From NCBI GenBank assembly GCA_024679065.1, contig JAGIQG010000003.1, forward strand, positions 110,236,001 to 110,300,000: DNA of 64,000 nucleotides, given 5' to 3'. Positions 25,958-39,068 of the stretch are shown piece by piece. Position 1 is the first letter of the stretch; each line of letters starts with the position of its first letter. A model generated the notes under the pieces. It was not told where the DNA came from. It saw only the letters and a list, made by a program, of their open reading frames with translations, and ran no database searches. This stretch comes from Sphyrna mokarran (Eukaryota). The position numbers and the translations under genes are program-made.

Positions 25958-26480
25958 GGGCCCAATTCTTTCATCCTAACGTGCGCGTTTTTTGATGCAT
26001 TAAGAGGGGAGAGTCGTGTATTGGCCAGGATTCGTGCATGCGTTCCCGACGTATGCGCGTCTCCCATAGCTAGAGAACAGGCACAGTCGGACCATGCTGG
26101 AAACTGGCAGGTTGACAGCTAAGTCATTTAAATCTGTTTTTCATGTATTTTAAACTCATTATCGGGCCTGGCATGGAACTCACCAGGCCTGACAGTATCT
26201 CCCACCCCGCCAGGAATATTTCACTTTGGCAGGGTTTCTAGTAGCTCCCCACTTGTGGGGAACTAGCAGGGGACTCTCCTGGAATGAAGGTGGCGGTAAT
26301 TGGGGAGCCCTGAGGGTCGAGCACTGGGTGGATGGTGCCTTCTTGATATGGGCACCCCAGCAATGCCAGCCTGTGCCCCTGGCACTACTCAAGGGACAAA
26401 GTGCCCATGCCCAGGGGGCACCTTGGCACTACCTACCAGGCATTGAGCAGCGCCAAGATTTGTTTGGGAGAAATAGGCCC
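25958..26480. mobile_element. Harbinger-type non-autonomous element with CAA TSD
   Basis: TIRs GGGCCCAATTCTTTC / GGGAGAAATAGGCCC; CAA at 25955-25957 and 26481-26483. Confidence 0.8.
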
Positions 26481-26995
26481 CAAGTTTGAAGTTACTTTAT
26501 CATGTTAAATACTCAGTTTTTATCTTTTTTAATATTTTCTTTGTATATTTTCTTGAATTATCAATGTTTATAATTAATCAGAACCATCTGATAAAATTAC
26601 AAAAATACATTGCTCTTCAGTTCAAAAAGTGAATCACTATTTGAAAGAAATAAGATAAAATACTAATTTAAAGACTATTTGGAAGAGGGTGGAATTATTT
26701 GACTTGTGATGATCGAATTGATTTAATTTCATATCTCCTTAATGGGGAAGAGAGGCAACAGTTATTTTCAATAACCAAAGATCCATTGGCCTCAGCTGGA
26801 ATTTTCTAGTTTTGGGACAAGCTACAATAAGTACTGGAAGCCGGAATTATCCTGATGTTACTCCTTTTTCTTTTGTTTAAGTTAAGCTGAAAAATTTTCA
26901 TCAGGATATCCGTGGAATAAAGTAATTTTAACAATTGAGTGAGTGTGAATAGAATTATTAGGGCATCTTTCTAAAGATATCATTCTGTCTTTCAG

Positions 26996-27146
26996 ATCAT
27001 TCCAGCTGTGGCAAATTTTGTTGTTGAGAAACTGGGGAAGCGGTTTGTGGAACCACCTCCATTTGATTTAGCAAAAAGTTATGCAGATTCCAATGCCACA
27101 ATACCGCTTCTGTTTATACTCTCGCCAGGGGCTGATCCAATGGCCA
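26996..27146 (+). CDS. DNAH12: DNAH12 coding exon (start of AAA6)
   Basis: TTTCAG acceptor; IIPAVANFVVEKLGKRFVEPPPFDLAKSYADSNATIPLLFILSPGADPMA; donor GTGAGT. Confidence 0.93.
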
Positions 27147-27926
27147 GTGAGTAGACCTGACATTTTCTGTTTCTCTCACATCAGTCACTTCTTGTAAATT
27201 TTAACAGAGAGAAAATTATTCTTCTGCATTTGTTCAGCTTTAAACAAGCAGTATTGTGCCATCATATAATGAGAGAAAAACAATGTGGGAGTGGAATTGG
27301 TTTCTTAACTTTTTATTTATTCATGTGATATGGGTATTGCCCACATTTAATTGCCATTGTGATGGCGAGCTGCTCTCTTGAACCGCTGCAGACTCTTTGA
27401 TGTAGGTACACCTATAGTGCTGTTCAACAGGGACTTCCACAATTTTTACCCAGTCCATATCCAAACTCTTGTCATCATGATATATCTGTAACTTTCATAG
27501 GAGTTTGTAATGTTATTTTTTTTACTCGATCCCTTATAAATTTTCAAATCTTACATCAAAATCCTAGATATAAATGTAGAAGTGAAGTACGGCTGATGCT
27601 GGAAATCTGAAAAAAAATCAGAAATATTTGGGTGTGGTAGCAGACGTGGAGAGAGGAACTGAATTAACAGGCTGGATGTTATGTTCCCTTGCCAGCTGGT
27701 TTGAAGGCAGAGAAGCTCATAAAATCTAGTGCGTGATCTTCCCACAGCCTGGCTACCTGCCCACTATAATACCCTAGGGTGTGAGTCAGCAAGCCGCAGG
27801 GACTTAGCTGCCTTTAATCCTATCAGTTTACTTAATACCTTCTTTCCAGTTAATGTCATTTCACTATATTCCTCTGTATTAACTGCAATTTTTGGGGGAA
27901 AAAATTATCGTTTACTGTGAAAACAA

Positions 27927-28649
27927 AGGCCACAATTTTCCCAGCTTGCCTCCTATCCCACCCCCACCTCAGCAGCACCAGATATCCAGCATGGTCAGCT
28001 TCTTGTCCATTTTTGGCGAGAAGCTGAACAATTTATTGAAATTTATTGAAATGATCATTTGTATGGCAATTAGTGAACCTGGGACGCAATCATCCTGTCT
28101 CGTTTACCTTTGCAGCCTCGTCAGGAGAGGTTCCCTTCGGCGAGGAAATCACCTACTCCCCGGGAACGGGAAACAATTAGGTTTGCCTTGCCAGTAGAAT
28201 CGGACACAATTGAGGCCCCCCAGTGGAAGGTCAAAGGCAAGTGGAGGTACCCCTTGGGCACTGCCTGCCTGGCACCTTGGCACTGCCAGACTGCCATCTT
28301 GCTAATGACCACCAGACATCTTGGCTGTGCCAGGGTGAGGGACCTGAAGGGTTGGGGACTATAGAGGCAGGGCTAGGCTGGGGTGACCCTATTGCCATTT
28401 TACAGCTATGATTGGTGGGGATGATATCTTTGAGCAGTGTGGTGCTCACAATCGGCCGCGGACCCCTGCAGTAGTTGGGGGGGGTAGAAACTTGGTTGAA
28501 GTCAGCTGCAACAGCTGTGTCTCTCTTTGTCAACTTTTCCACAGTTGCAATTGCTGCACATGTGGAAAAGTTCCCTCTGCTGCTTCATCAAGCTGACTGG
28601 TGAATTAAGCCCCACCCACTGCCTTTAGTGGCCAGAAAAACTGTTGCCC
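27927..28649. mobile_element. Harbinger-type non-autonomous element
   Basis: GGCCACAATTTT...AAAACTGTTGCCC ends; internal GGCACCTTGGCACTGCC shared with related elements. Confidence 0.55.
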
Positions 28650-28784
28650 AGTTTTTCCTGATTGCATAAGATTATGCAATAATCTAAGCACATAAGATTT
28701 TGAATAAAGACTTACCCAAAAAACAGATCTGGAACTTTTTTGTTTTCACACTGGCTAGACACTTAGATTTTTTCTCATAAAATT

Positions 28785-29095
28785 GCCCCCAAAATATTGG
28801 TTTTGTGCCTCTATCGTTTCTGAGTTTCCCAGTATTATCTCATCATTATTGTCCTCTAAAGAGCCAACATTTACTTTCACTATTCTCCTTTTTATGTACT
28901 TATAAAAGCTTTTGGTAACAGTGCTTATGTCTTCTGATAGTTTTCTTTCATAGTTCATTTTAGCTCTTATTGAATTTGCTTTTAGTAACCCTTTGTTGGT
29001 GTTTTAATGTTTTCCTAATCCTCCAGAGTCCAGCTATTTTTTGTAGTGTATGCCCTAGTTTTTGCTTTTATGTTATCCTTGACTTCTTTGTTCAG
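28785..29095 (-). mobile_element. CR1 LINE fragment
   Basis: ORF 28755-28958 YERKLSEDISTVTKSFYKYIKRR..VNVGSLE. Confidence 0.75.
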
Positions 29096-29207
29096 ACTTT
29101 TCCAGCGCATTAGTTAGAATATTGAACTAAATCTATAGCTTGCTTTGCATTTGAACAAATTACAGAACAAAACCCATCATCTGTCACTTTTGTCTAAATC
29201 CTTATAG

Positions 29208-29461
29208 GTTTATTGAAATTAACAAGTGATAAAAATATGGATCGAGGCCAATTCCAGTCAATCTCACTTGGTCAGGGACAAGGTCCAATTGCTGCCAAAA
29301 TGGTTAAAGATGGCATGCTTGAGGGTACTTGGGTATGTCTGCAGAATTGCCACCTTGCTGTGTCCTGGATGCCAACACTGGAAAAGATTTGTGAAGAATT
29401 CAGCAGTGAGACCTGCCACCCAGACTTTAGGCTCTGGCTCACTAGTTACCCATCTCCTAAG
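29208..29461 (+). CDS. DNAH12: DNAH12 coding exon (AAA6)
   Basis: TAG acceptor; SISLGQGQGPIAAKM...WVCLQNCHLAVSWM...FRLWLTSYPSPK; donor GTATTG. Confidence 0.94.
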
Positions 29462-30827
29462 GTATTGAAGAAGATGCTAAGTGATCCATTATCCCAAGAA
29501 ACTGCTGATGAATCCAATCTTATTTTCTACTGTCTAATATATTCAGTCAGTAATTATCAAAGCATTAGTATTCAACAACTATTGAGGCAAATAGATAACA
29601 TTTTTAAGCTAATAATAATGTCAATGCAGGGAAATTTGATTCTGAAACCTCATGTACAACAGCGAATTAACTATATGAACAAAGATTATTTGACTGCAAA
29701 ATTAGCTTTAACAATTATAATCTAATTAACATTATTGGTATTTGCTTTGTTAATGTTTGGGTTAATAAAATATTAAGTGTAGTCTCTTAAATATCAATGT
29801 TTTATTCAGTAATTTGATTTAAGCTGCATAGTTTGAAATGTGATTGGAGGATATGTGTTCTGACTTCTAATTTATTCCTGTAAATAATATGGTTCATGAC
29901 ATTGAATGTCAGACATGCACAGATTTACTGAGCACATAATAATAATTATTATTAATAACAATAACAAAACATACACTTATTCACAACACATATGATAAAA
30001 CTTTGCAAGTTTTAGTTGGGAAATTAAAAACATGTTAATTCAGTGCTCTCTGCACTTTCCTGATCTAGAAGCATGTGTCTTTTCAAAGGCTTCCAACAAA
30101 GTAAATGTTGCTACCCTGATCTGTGCCTGTGCAATAATTTTATTAGCTTTAATTTTAACAAGTTATTTTCTCATAGACTTCTATAGTTCCCAACTTTATT
30201 ACCTTATATCATTCCATGCCAGTTTGCAAGTTGTTTCTGCAGAACTTGTAATCAACTAATCACTGGAACGTCTTTTAATTAGACTTATTGCCTAACTTTA
30301 ACTTATCATTAAAGTCAGACTTAATGCAACTATTTGGTGTTCACTACATCTAAATTGAACAGGCAAAAGCTAGTGTGACAATATAAAAAAGAATCAATAT
30401 CAAATACAATCAACTACCTGTAGCTTCATTGACTTTTTCCTTACAATGGCATATAGTATCTGGCAAACGAGCAAAATAGGTTACTGTGGCAGAAAAATAT
30501 ATTCTCAAACTTAAAGTTTTGTTATTATAGTGAAAATTTGAAGTTATCAACATTGAAGGTTTCACTCAGCAATCCATAGCTCAGTGAACTATATGCAAGA
30601 AAAAAAAATCAAATGCCTGTTTCAAATATAAAATTAAGAATAAAACTATAGATATGATGGTTGCATTTTTTATTTTGAAATTGACGTATTAAAGCTATGC
30701 ACTATTTTTAATATGCATCAACCTTCAACTCTAACATCAGTATTTAAAAATAAAGTTTACAAACTGGGGATTTCCATTTTATGTAGTATAGAAAAGATAC
30801 GTGACATTTTATTTTGCCATTTTTCAG

Positions 30828-30968
30828 TTTCCTGTGACCATATTGCAAAATGGTGTGAAGATGACTAATGAGCCTCCCACTGGCCTCCGATTAAACCTAC
30901 TCCAATCCTACCTCACTGACCCTCTGTCTGATCCTGCTTTTTTCAATAACTGCGTTGGAAAGGAACTG
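30828..30968 (+). CDS. DNAH12: DNAH12 coding exon
   Basis: TTTCAG acceptor; [32 protein letters not shown]; donor GTCAGT. Confidence 0.93.
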
Positions 30969-31087
30969 GTCAGTTAAGTTTTCAAGTTGCACAGAATACT
31001 ACAGTTAAATTTAATTATCAGATTGTTTCATTGTATTTTATTTTGACTATTTTTTGTATTTCTAACCCATTCATATCCTTCCATCAG

Positions 31088-31225
31088 GTCTGGGAGAAAC
31101 TTCTTTTCGGACTTTGCTTTTTCCATGCAATTGTACAGGAGAGGAGAAAGTTTGGTCCTCTTGGCTGGAACATTGCCTATGGATTTAATGAGTCTGATCT
31201 GCGTATCAGTGTTAGACAGTTGCAG
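31088..31225 (+). CDS. DNAH12: DNAH12 coding exon
   Basis: [46 protein letters not shown]; AG/GT flanks. Confidence 0.94.
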
Positions 31226-31707
31226 GTAAAAACGAGAAATTCCCTTATAACGTAACATACAATTGACAAATGATGACCATTTGTATGTGGACTTGTTTTT
31301 GTGATCACTTGTTAGTAGCTGAAAATCCTCAAAATAGTTTGCAAATAAATAACAACGGAATAATATCTTTATTTTATAGGTAACATTAATAAATCCCTTG
31401 AAAGGATTGTGCAAAAAAAGATGATACTTAGACATTAATTGTACTAAACTGTCATGAAACATTTTTATTCAGGTGAATCAGATTGTGAGGAATAGAAATA
31501 AATATTTATTAAGTAATTCATATTCTGAAACTGTTTAAATTATGCATTAAATCTGGTTAGTAATGCATTTGTTTCACCTTTTCAAATCCCACCTTGCTTT
31601 CTCCAACCCATCCATAGCCTTTTCATTTTTAGTTAAACATAGAAATAAGATTTAACATTAAAGTTTTAAGCTTAAAAATCATAAATTACCCAGTTGAATG
31701 AATACTC

Positions 31708-31820
31708 TGGCTGGAATTTTACTGCCCCACCCACCATGGAATCACAATGGATGAGGGGCAGATGATGGCAAGGCTTTTTGACCTCAGGTGGGATTTTATG
31801 GTTTTAAGATGAGTGAGGCC
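31708..31820. mobile_element. Short MITE (~120-bp family), 3'-eroded
   Basis: GGCTGGAATTTTAC...tgacctcaggtgggatttt; homologous to the 41623 and 25804 copies. Confidence 0.6.
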
Positions 31821-32200
31821 TTTTGGCTTCAAAGAGTTTGTTTTGTTTGGTAGCTATGGAAGTTGGTCCAGGTTTTATCTTTGCCCAACGTTCACACAAT
31901 GATTTTCCGATAATGATTGTTGCACTGTAATTGGAATTGGGAATCATGGTTCATTTTACCTGCTCTACAGCTTAAGGATATTAAAGGTCATGTTAGTACG
32001 CTTTTCCTTGTTTTAGGTGATTTAATCTCGTTTAGGACTGCACCAAGGTCCATCCAAATCTGTATTGCTCAGCTGCTTGCTGCCTCAGGGATCTTAAATA
32101 TTTTGAAACTGTTCTATCTCTATTTTCATCCAGATTTAGTGGCAACACATGTTCTATTTGGTCTATGATATCTTAATGTCATTGTCTGTATGGTTTGCAG

Positions 32201-32434
32201 CTCTTCATTAATGAATATGAGAGTGTTCCGTTTGAAGCTATCACATACCTGACTGGTGAATGTAATTATGGAGGCCGTGTAACAGATGATTGGGACAGGC
32301 GTCTACTGATGACAATTCTGGCAGATTTTTGCAATTCCGAGTTGATAGAAAACCCAAGGTATTCATTCTCTCCCAGTAGAAATTACTGTGCTCCTCCCAA
32401 AGGAAAGTATGATGACTACATTGACTTCATTAAG
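32201..32434 (+). CDS. DNAH12: DNAH12 coding exon
   Basis: LFINEYESVPFEAITYLTGECNYGGRVTDDWDRRLL...YIDFIK; AG/GT flanks. Confidence 0.94.
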
Positions 32435-32629
32435 GTATTGCAAATTTATTGGTATTGTGCTTTAACACACTTTGTTAATGTGTATGGATTATATAAATTA
32501 TTTTACTTTGTGTATATTTCCACTGCACTAAATCTTTTTTTTTGCATCTACAATGAATAACAATGTTGCTTGAAAAAGATATTTATTTGAGATATTCAGA
32601 TATTCAGATATTTACAAGGAAAAAATTTA

Positions 32630-32930
32630 CACAGTGGTACAGTGGTTAGCAGTGTTGCCTCACAGTGCCAGGGACCCAGGTTCGATTCCCTGATTGGGTC
32701 ACTGTCTGTGCGGAATCTGCACGTTTTTCCCATATCTACATGGGTTTCCTCTGGGTGCTTCAGTTTCCTCCCACAGTCCAAAAAATGTGCTGGTTAGGTG
32801 CATTGGCCATGCTAAATTCTCCCTCAGTGTATCCAAACAGGCACTGGAATGTTGTAACTAGGGGATTTCAAAGTAACTTCATTGCAGTATTAATGCAAGC
32901 CTACCTGTGACACTAATAAATAAACTTTAA
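32630..32930 (+). mobile_element. HE1/V-SINE-type SINE
   Basis: tRNA-like head with B box GGTTCGATTCC, V-SINE core, tail ctaataaataaacttt. Confidence 0.88.
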
Positions 32931-33034
32931 AGCTTAATACTTACATTGCATTTATGCTTTCAAGAACAAGGAAAGATAAGAAGGTAAAACAGTTAAGTGC
33001 CAGATTGTCTCCAAGAAGAAAGAATTAATCATCA

Positions 33035-33790
33035 TCCTTGACATTCAATGGTATTATCATCACTGAATTCCCCCATTATCAATATTCTGGTTGTTTACCA
33101 TTGATCAGAAACTAAACTGGACTAATCATATAAATACTGTACAAGACAAGAGCACATCAGTGGCTAGGAATCCTGCAATAAGTAAGTCACTTTGTGACTC
33201 CCCAAAGCCTGTCCACAATCTACAAGGCACAAGTCAGGAGTTTGATGGAATATTCTCCCCTTGCATTTGTTGAGTACTCCAGCAGTACTTAAGAGATTTG
33301 ACACCATCCAGGACAAAGCAGCCCATTTGATTGGTATATTATCTGCAAACACACCTCCCACCATGATGTAATGCAGGAACTCCACCAAGGCTCCTTAGCA
33401 CCTTCAAAAACCACTACCACCAAGAAGGATAAGGACAGCAAATATATGGCAACATTACCATTGGAAGTTCCCCTCCAAGCCACTCATCATTCTGCCTTTG
33501 AAATATATCACCATTCCTTTACTTTCAGTGGATCAAAAACCTGGACGTCCCTCTCTAGCAGCACTGTGGTTGTACCTACACTTCACATGCTGCAGTAGTT
33601 CATGATCACTATCTTCTTGAGGATAATTAGGGATAGGGAATAAATGGTGGTCTAGCCAGTGAAGTCCCCATCCTTTTAAACTCATTCACTTCACCTTCAT
33701 AGAATCACAGAATCTCTACAGTGCAGAAAGAGGCCATTCAGCTCATAATGTCTGCACTGACTCTCTCACAGAGTATCTTATCCAGGCCTT
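33035..33790. mobile_element. CR1-type fragments (older + copy, then - tail)
   Basis: FTIDQKLNWTNHIN motif; catagaatcacagaatc tail at ~33700. Confidence 0.65.
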
Positions 33791-34272
33791 TCTTGAAAAG
33801 CAGTGTTACATTTTGTACTAGGATATTTTCAAGTTAGCAGATTCCTGCACAGAAATGTGCATGGATAGGAGGCAAAGCAATCCTATGGGAAGGCATTAAG
33901 AGATTTAACAAGGCTGAGTCTTTTGAGAGGGTTGCCAACAAACAATTCTAAGCTCCATTGTACGCGCCACTCAACGTGTGTTGTAGGGCACACATTGCAT
34001 CCACTTGCACTTGAAGATTGTATCATGGTCTGACAACATAGGATTCCAATTGTGCACACTTTTTTCAGGCAGCCATCTGTTCATCTATTTACATGCCCAT
34101 CTCAAAATTGTACCAGATAGTCCTTGAGTGTCTAAGGAGATGCTCGCCCTACAACTGCAATGTGGGTCACCCGATTTTATAGCAAAACCCTGACACTGTC
34201 AGGAGCTGAAATTTGGCATCTTTGTTTCTTGTTTTATAATACTACTTTTAACATGTTTTTCTGTCTCCACAG

Positions 34273-34461
34273 AAACTACCTGCCTCTCAGCACCCAGAAG
34301 TCTTTGGAATGCATGAAAATGTAGACATCTCAAAGGATCTACAACAAACCAAGATAATTTTTGATTCATTGTTACTAACACAGGGGGGCAGTGGACAGGG
34401 AGGTCCATCTGGCTCCAGTGATCATGTACTACATGACATTGCAACAGGCATCCTGAATAAG
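34273..34461 (+). CDS. DNAH12: DNAH12 coding exon
   Basis: KLPASQHPEVFGMHENVDISKDLQQTK...IATGILNK; AG/GT flanks. Confidence 0.93.
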
Positions 34462-34660
34462 GTATTTAGAATGCTCAAGTAACTACTGTTGTTACAATTT
34501 CATTTTACAACTGTTCCATGTCAAAGTGAATGACATTGTCAACATCACCATGCATTGCTATATTCAAAGATATCTATGTTTCATTCAGAAACTATTTCTG
34601 TCCACAGGTGTGGGCTTGTTCTTTGTAAGTTAACAAACATTGTAAATATTTCTCTTCCAG

Positions 34661-34764
34661 CTGCCTAAAGATTTTGATATTGAACAAGCATTGCTCAAAT
34701 TCCCAGTGAAATATGAAGAAAGCATGAACACAGTTTTAGTGCAAGAGATGGAACGGTTCAATAA
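34661..34764 (+). CDS. DNAH12: DNAH12 coding exon
   Basis: [34 protein letters not shown]; donor GTAAGT. Confidence 0.93.
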
Positions 34765-34914
34765 GTAAGTAGAGACTGTTTTCCTTGTATGAGATATTTA
34801 CAATAATTTTTATTCGAATAATTAAATTAAAATTGGCTAGAAGGAAGAAGGAAGAAGACAGAGCAATGGATATGGACAAAAATGTACATTAGTCATGATG
34901 TGACTAGTGATGTA

Positions 34915-35155
34915 CTGAGTTTTCACTGTATAATAGCTTGGATGAAAGAATAGAAAGATATATATCCAAGTTTGCTGCTGATAGTTGGCAATGTAAAGAA
35001 CACAAAAGGGAGCAGAAATTTGACAAGAGGCATTGATAGATTAAGTGAGTGGACAAAGCTGGGCAGGTGGGGTTTAATATGGCAAAGTGTGAAGTCATTC
35101 ACTTTGGACCTGAGAAAAATAAATCAAGTTTTTTCTAAAATAGTGAGGAACTGGG
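34915..35155 (+). mobile_element. Old CR1 fragment (continues at ~36620-36910)
   Basis: ISKFAAD and IDRLSEW RT motifs. Confidence 0.65.
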
Positions 35156-35159
35156 AAGT

Positions 35160-35680
35160 TGATTTGATTTTATTATTGTCACATGTTTTAATATACAGTG
35201 AAAAGTTTTGTTTCTTGCATGCTGTATAAACAAAGCATATCATACATAGAGAAAGGAGACAATGCAGAATGTAGTATTACAGTCATAGCTGGGGTGGAGA
35301 GAAAGATCAACTTAGTGCGAGGTAGGTCCATTCAAAAGTCTGATGGCAGCAGGGAAGTAAATGCTGTTCTTGGGTTGGTTGGTACGTGCCCTCAGACTTT
35401 TGTATCTTTTTCCCAATGGAAGAAGGTAGAAGAGAGTATGTCCAGGTTGCATGGGTCTTTAACTATGTTGGCTGCTTTTCCGAGGCAGTGGAAAGTGTAG
35501 AAGATGTCAATGGGTGGAAAGCTGATTCGATTGATGGATTGGTCTTTGTACACAATCCTTTGTAGTTTCTTGCGGTCTTGGACAGAGCAGAAGCCATACC
35601 AAGCTGTGATACAACCGGAAAGAATGGTTTGTTTGGTGCATCTGTAAAAGTTGGTGAGAGTTGTAGCGGACCATGCCATT
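35160..35680 (-). mobile_element. Rex1/Babar-type LINE 3' fragment
   Basis: TLTNFYRCTKQTILSGCITAWYGFCSVQDRKKLQRIV...KAANIVKDP. Confidence 0.85.
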
Positions 35681-35871
35681 TACACTGGCAAGATTTTCCC
35701 ATCCAGCTGTAGTGAATGGAGATTTGGCTGAGCGCCAAATTCTCCCTCCTCGCGTGCTGATAGTCAGGTCCATGTCTCTGACCAAATCTTAATCATTAAT
35801 ATGTCTTTATTGCTGTCAAATGTTTGATAATGTTTCAGTGAAGCACTTTAGGATGTTTTATGCTATGTTAA

Positions 35872-36580
35872 GGGGTAGGAGTCTTAACTGTGTTGTAGAG
35901 CAGAAGGATCTCGGGGTCCGGGTCCATAGGACTCTTAAATTGGCCTCGCAGGTGGAGGAAGTGGTCGAGAAGGCGTACGGTGTACTGGCCTTCATTAATC
36001 GAGGAATAGAGTTTAGGAGTCAGGAGGTAATGATGCAGCTCTATAAGACTCTTGTCAGACCCCACTTGGAGTATTGTGCGCAGTTCTGGTCGCCTCACTG
36101 TAGGAAGGATGTAGAGGCTATTGAGAGAGTGCAGAGGAGATTTACACGAATGCTGCCTGGATTGGGAGGCAGGCCTTAGGTTGAGGGAGCTGGGACTCTT
36201 CTCACTGGAGAGACGGAGGTTGAGAGGCGACCTGATAGAGATTTATAAAATGTTGAGAGGAATAGATAGGGTGGACTCTCAGAGACTATTTCCCCGAGCT
36301 GAAATGGTCACTACGAAAGGACACAGATTTAAGGTACAGGGAAGCAAATACAAAGGAGATGTTAGGGGTAAGTTTTTCACTCAGAGGGTGGTGAGTGAAT
36401 GGAATCGGTTGCCGTCGGAGGTTGTTGAGGCAAACTCGCTGGGGTCTTTTAAAAGACTTCTGGATGAGTATATGGAAATGAATAGGATAGGGGGTTATAG
36501 ATAGGTCTGTGCATTGGTAGATATGATTGGAGCAACTCGTGAGCCAAAGGGCCTGTTTGTGATGTATTGTTCTATGTTAA
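35872..36580 (+). mobile_element. Young CR1 3' fragment inserted in an L2 tail
   Basis: Near-open ORF2 C-terminus (LVRPHLEYCAQFWSP...RLRGDLIEIYK) with one short frameshifting deletion near 36175; CTATGTTAA at both flanks. Confidence 0.9.
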
Positions 36581-37045
36581 TAGGATTATATAATTACAAG
36601 TTTTCGTTGTTAAGTTGAAAAGGAAGATAGAAACAATTTCTTTTATTGGGAAGTCCATAATCAGGAAGCAGTACTTTAAAATGTATATCTTAGAATATTT
36701 GGAAACATTCTTAAAGCAAGACATTGTGAAAATCTGAATTCTTGCCCCTAAAACCTGCTGGGGCTAAGCGCAATTGAATATTTTTAAGTTGAATTTGATA
36801 GATTTTTGTTAGTCATGGGTATTAAGGCTGCACAGCAATGCTGGGTAGGTGGAGTTGGAATATACATCAAATTTGAAGGCTGAATAGCCTTTCTCCTGTT
36901 TCTGTAGTCTTCTATAACTAACGTTGTAATGATATATTTTGTGTGTATTTGTAGTCTATTTTATATTTTAAAAACTAGCATTTCAGGACATTGGTATCAT
37001 TTTTCTTCCAATTCTTAACATCTTTTGTATCTCTCCTCATTTTAG

Positions 37046-37250
37046 TTTAATCAGAACAATACGGTTTACCCTTCAGAGCTTGCAGAAAGCAATTAAAGGT
37101 CTAGTGGTGATGGATTCGAAGCTAGAAGCGCTGGCAGGAAGCTTGCTTATTGGAAAACTGCCTGATCAGTGGGCACAACGCTCTTATCCCAGCCTCAAAC
37201 CATTGGGAAGCTATGTTACTGATTTTTTGGCCCGGCTACAATTCTTGCAG
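37046..37250 (+). CDS. DNAH12: DNAH12 coding exon
   Basis: [23 protein letters not shown]...[27 protein letters not shown]; AG/GT flanks. Confidence 0.94.
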
Positions 37251-39068
37251 GTACAAATCATGTAGCCTATCACAAAGTCAAAATAGTTGAAAGCCAAAAT
37301 CATGGAATAATGGGAGAATGTGTACAAACAAATCTTATTATGTAATACTACACCAAGAGATTTTTCAGAGAGATCACTCCAATTTCTCCAGATATGACTT
37401 ACTTCTGCAATTAATAACTGTCTGACAAAGATCTTTCCATTGGCGAAATGGATCCATTTCCTTAATAATGTTGTTGCACAAATTTAATGATAAGTATTAG
37501 ATATAATAAATTACTTGTCTATTTTTATTTCATTATTACCTGAATCACTCTTCAGTGTGCATAATCTCATTATTTACCTCTCTTTGTCTTTCTGCCATGT
37601 GTTGTTCACTCTTGGGACTTATTTTACCTGTTGTCTTTTGTTTAGTTTCATATATGACACTTATGAAGCATTCTGTGTAGAGGATAAATCCCTCAATTTC
37701 CAATCAAAAATGATATACAGTTTGTGCATAATAGGAATCAATAGTCTAGACCTCTGGTGCCATGACTTTCTACAAATGCTAACACTATTAATGGACACTG
37801 CAAATGACTGCCTGCTTAAATGTAAGTGCTACCTTTGCAGCGGCAACAGAATTGCTTCCTGTGTCTTTACTTTTAACAAGAAAACAGAAAATAAGTAGAT
37901 AGGATGGTCAGCATCTTTTAAGAGTTCCAAATTACCAGACTAAAAAATGGAAGTTCTGCTAACTGGGAAAACTGGTTTTAAGTTGGAAATGCAAATCAGT
38001 CAGCATGTACTGAGAGATGCAGTACCTGATTGATGGTGCATTGATTCAAGTTAAGAGGTTACATTACTACCAAAGTTGATTGGAATTGTGATAAATAGAA
38101 GCAAAATACTGCAAGTACTGGAAATGTGAAATAATAACAGAAAACACTTGAAAATCTCAGCAGATCTGGCGATCTCTATGCAGAGAGGAACAGACCATCT
38201 GAGTTTCAAGTGCATATGATTCTTCAGAGTTAAAACGAGGGAGAAATGTGATGGATGTACAAGAGGGGGTGAAGCGGGTGGAGCACAGTAAAAGTGAGGA
38301 ACAAGTATGATCCAGGAGAGATTTTTTAAAATTGTGTTATCAGTGACTGGACCAACATTTATTTCCCAAACTCTTGAACTAAATGGCTTTTTATACCATT
38401 TCAGAGGACATTTTTTGATTGTCATAGATCTGGAGTCACATATTGGCAGACCAGATAAGGATGGCAGATTTACTTCCCTAAAGAACAATTGACAATGGTC
38501 ATCATTCAACATTTAATGTTCAGATTTTTTTGTTAATTCAAATTTCACCATCTGCCCTTTTTGGGATTCAAACTCAAGTCGCTGGGTCTCTGGATAACTA
38601 GTCCAGTGACAATATTGTTGCACCATCACTTTCCTTTGCACAAAGAAGTTTAGGACACAAAGCAAATGAAGTGTTAATGACAGTGTTAAGATTATAGATA
38701 GTGGCATAAAGATAAAATAGCAAAATAAGTTAATAGGAGAATAAAATCAATGCTCAGTAAAAGCAAAACTTGAGAGCAAATGATGGGAGAGGAGGATTAC
38801 ATTGGGACCAAAAGTTTTGCATTTAAAAATGGGATCAAGATGGAGGAGAAAGTTCACTGTCTGAAATTGTTGAACTTAGATGTTGAATCCAGAAGACTGT
38901 AAAGTGTCTAATGGAAGATGAGGTGTTGTTCCTCCAGTTTGTGTTGGGCTTTATTGGAACATTGCAGCAGGCCAAGGACAGACAAGTGGGCATGAGAACA
39001 AGATGCTGAATGGAAATGATAATGGGAACATTGAGGTCATTTGTGTGGATTGAGCAAAAGTGTCTGCA

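Noticed and set aside
29462-29725. ORF extension beyond the DNAH12 exon (similar read-throughs at other exons)
   Set aside because: Dynein similarity stops at the GT donor and the next exon continues in phase.
32630-32700. tRNA gene
   Set aside because: The A/B-box-like head continues into a SINE body and does not form a complete cloverleaf; it is a SINE.
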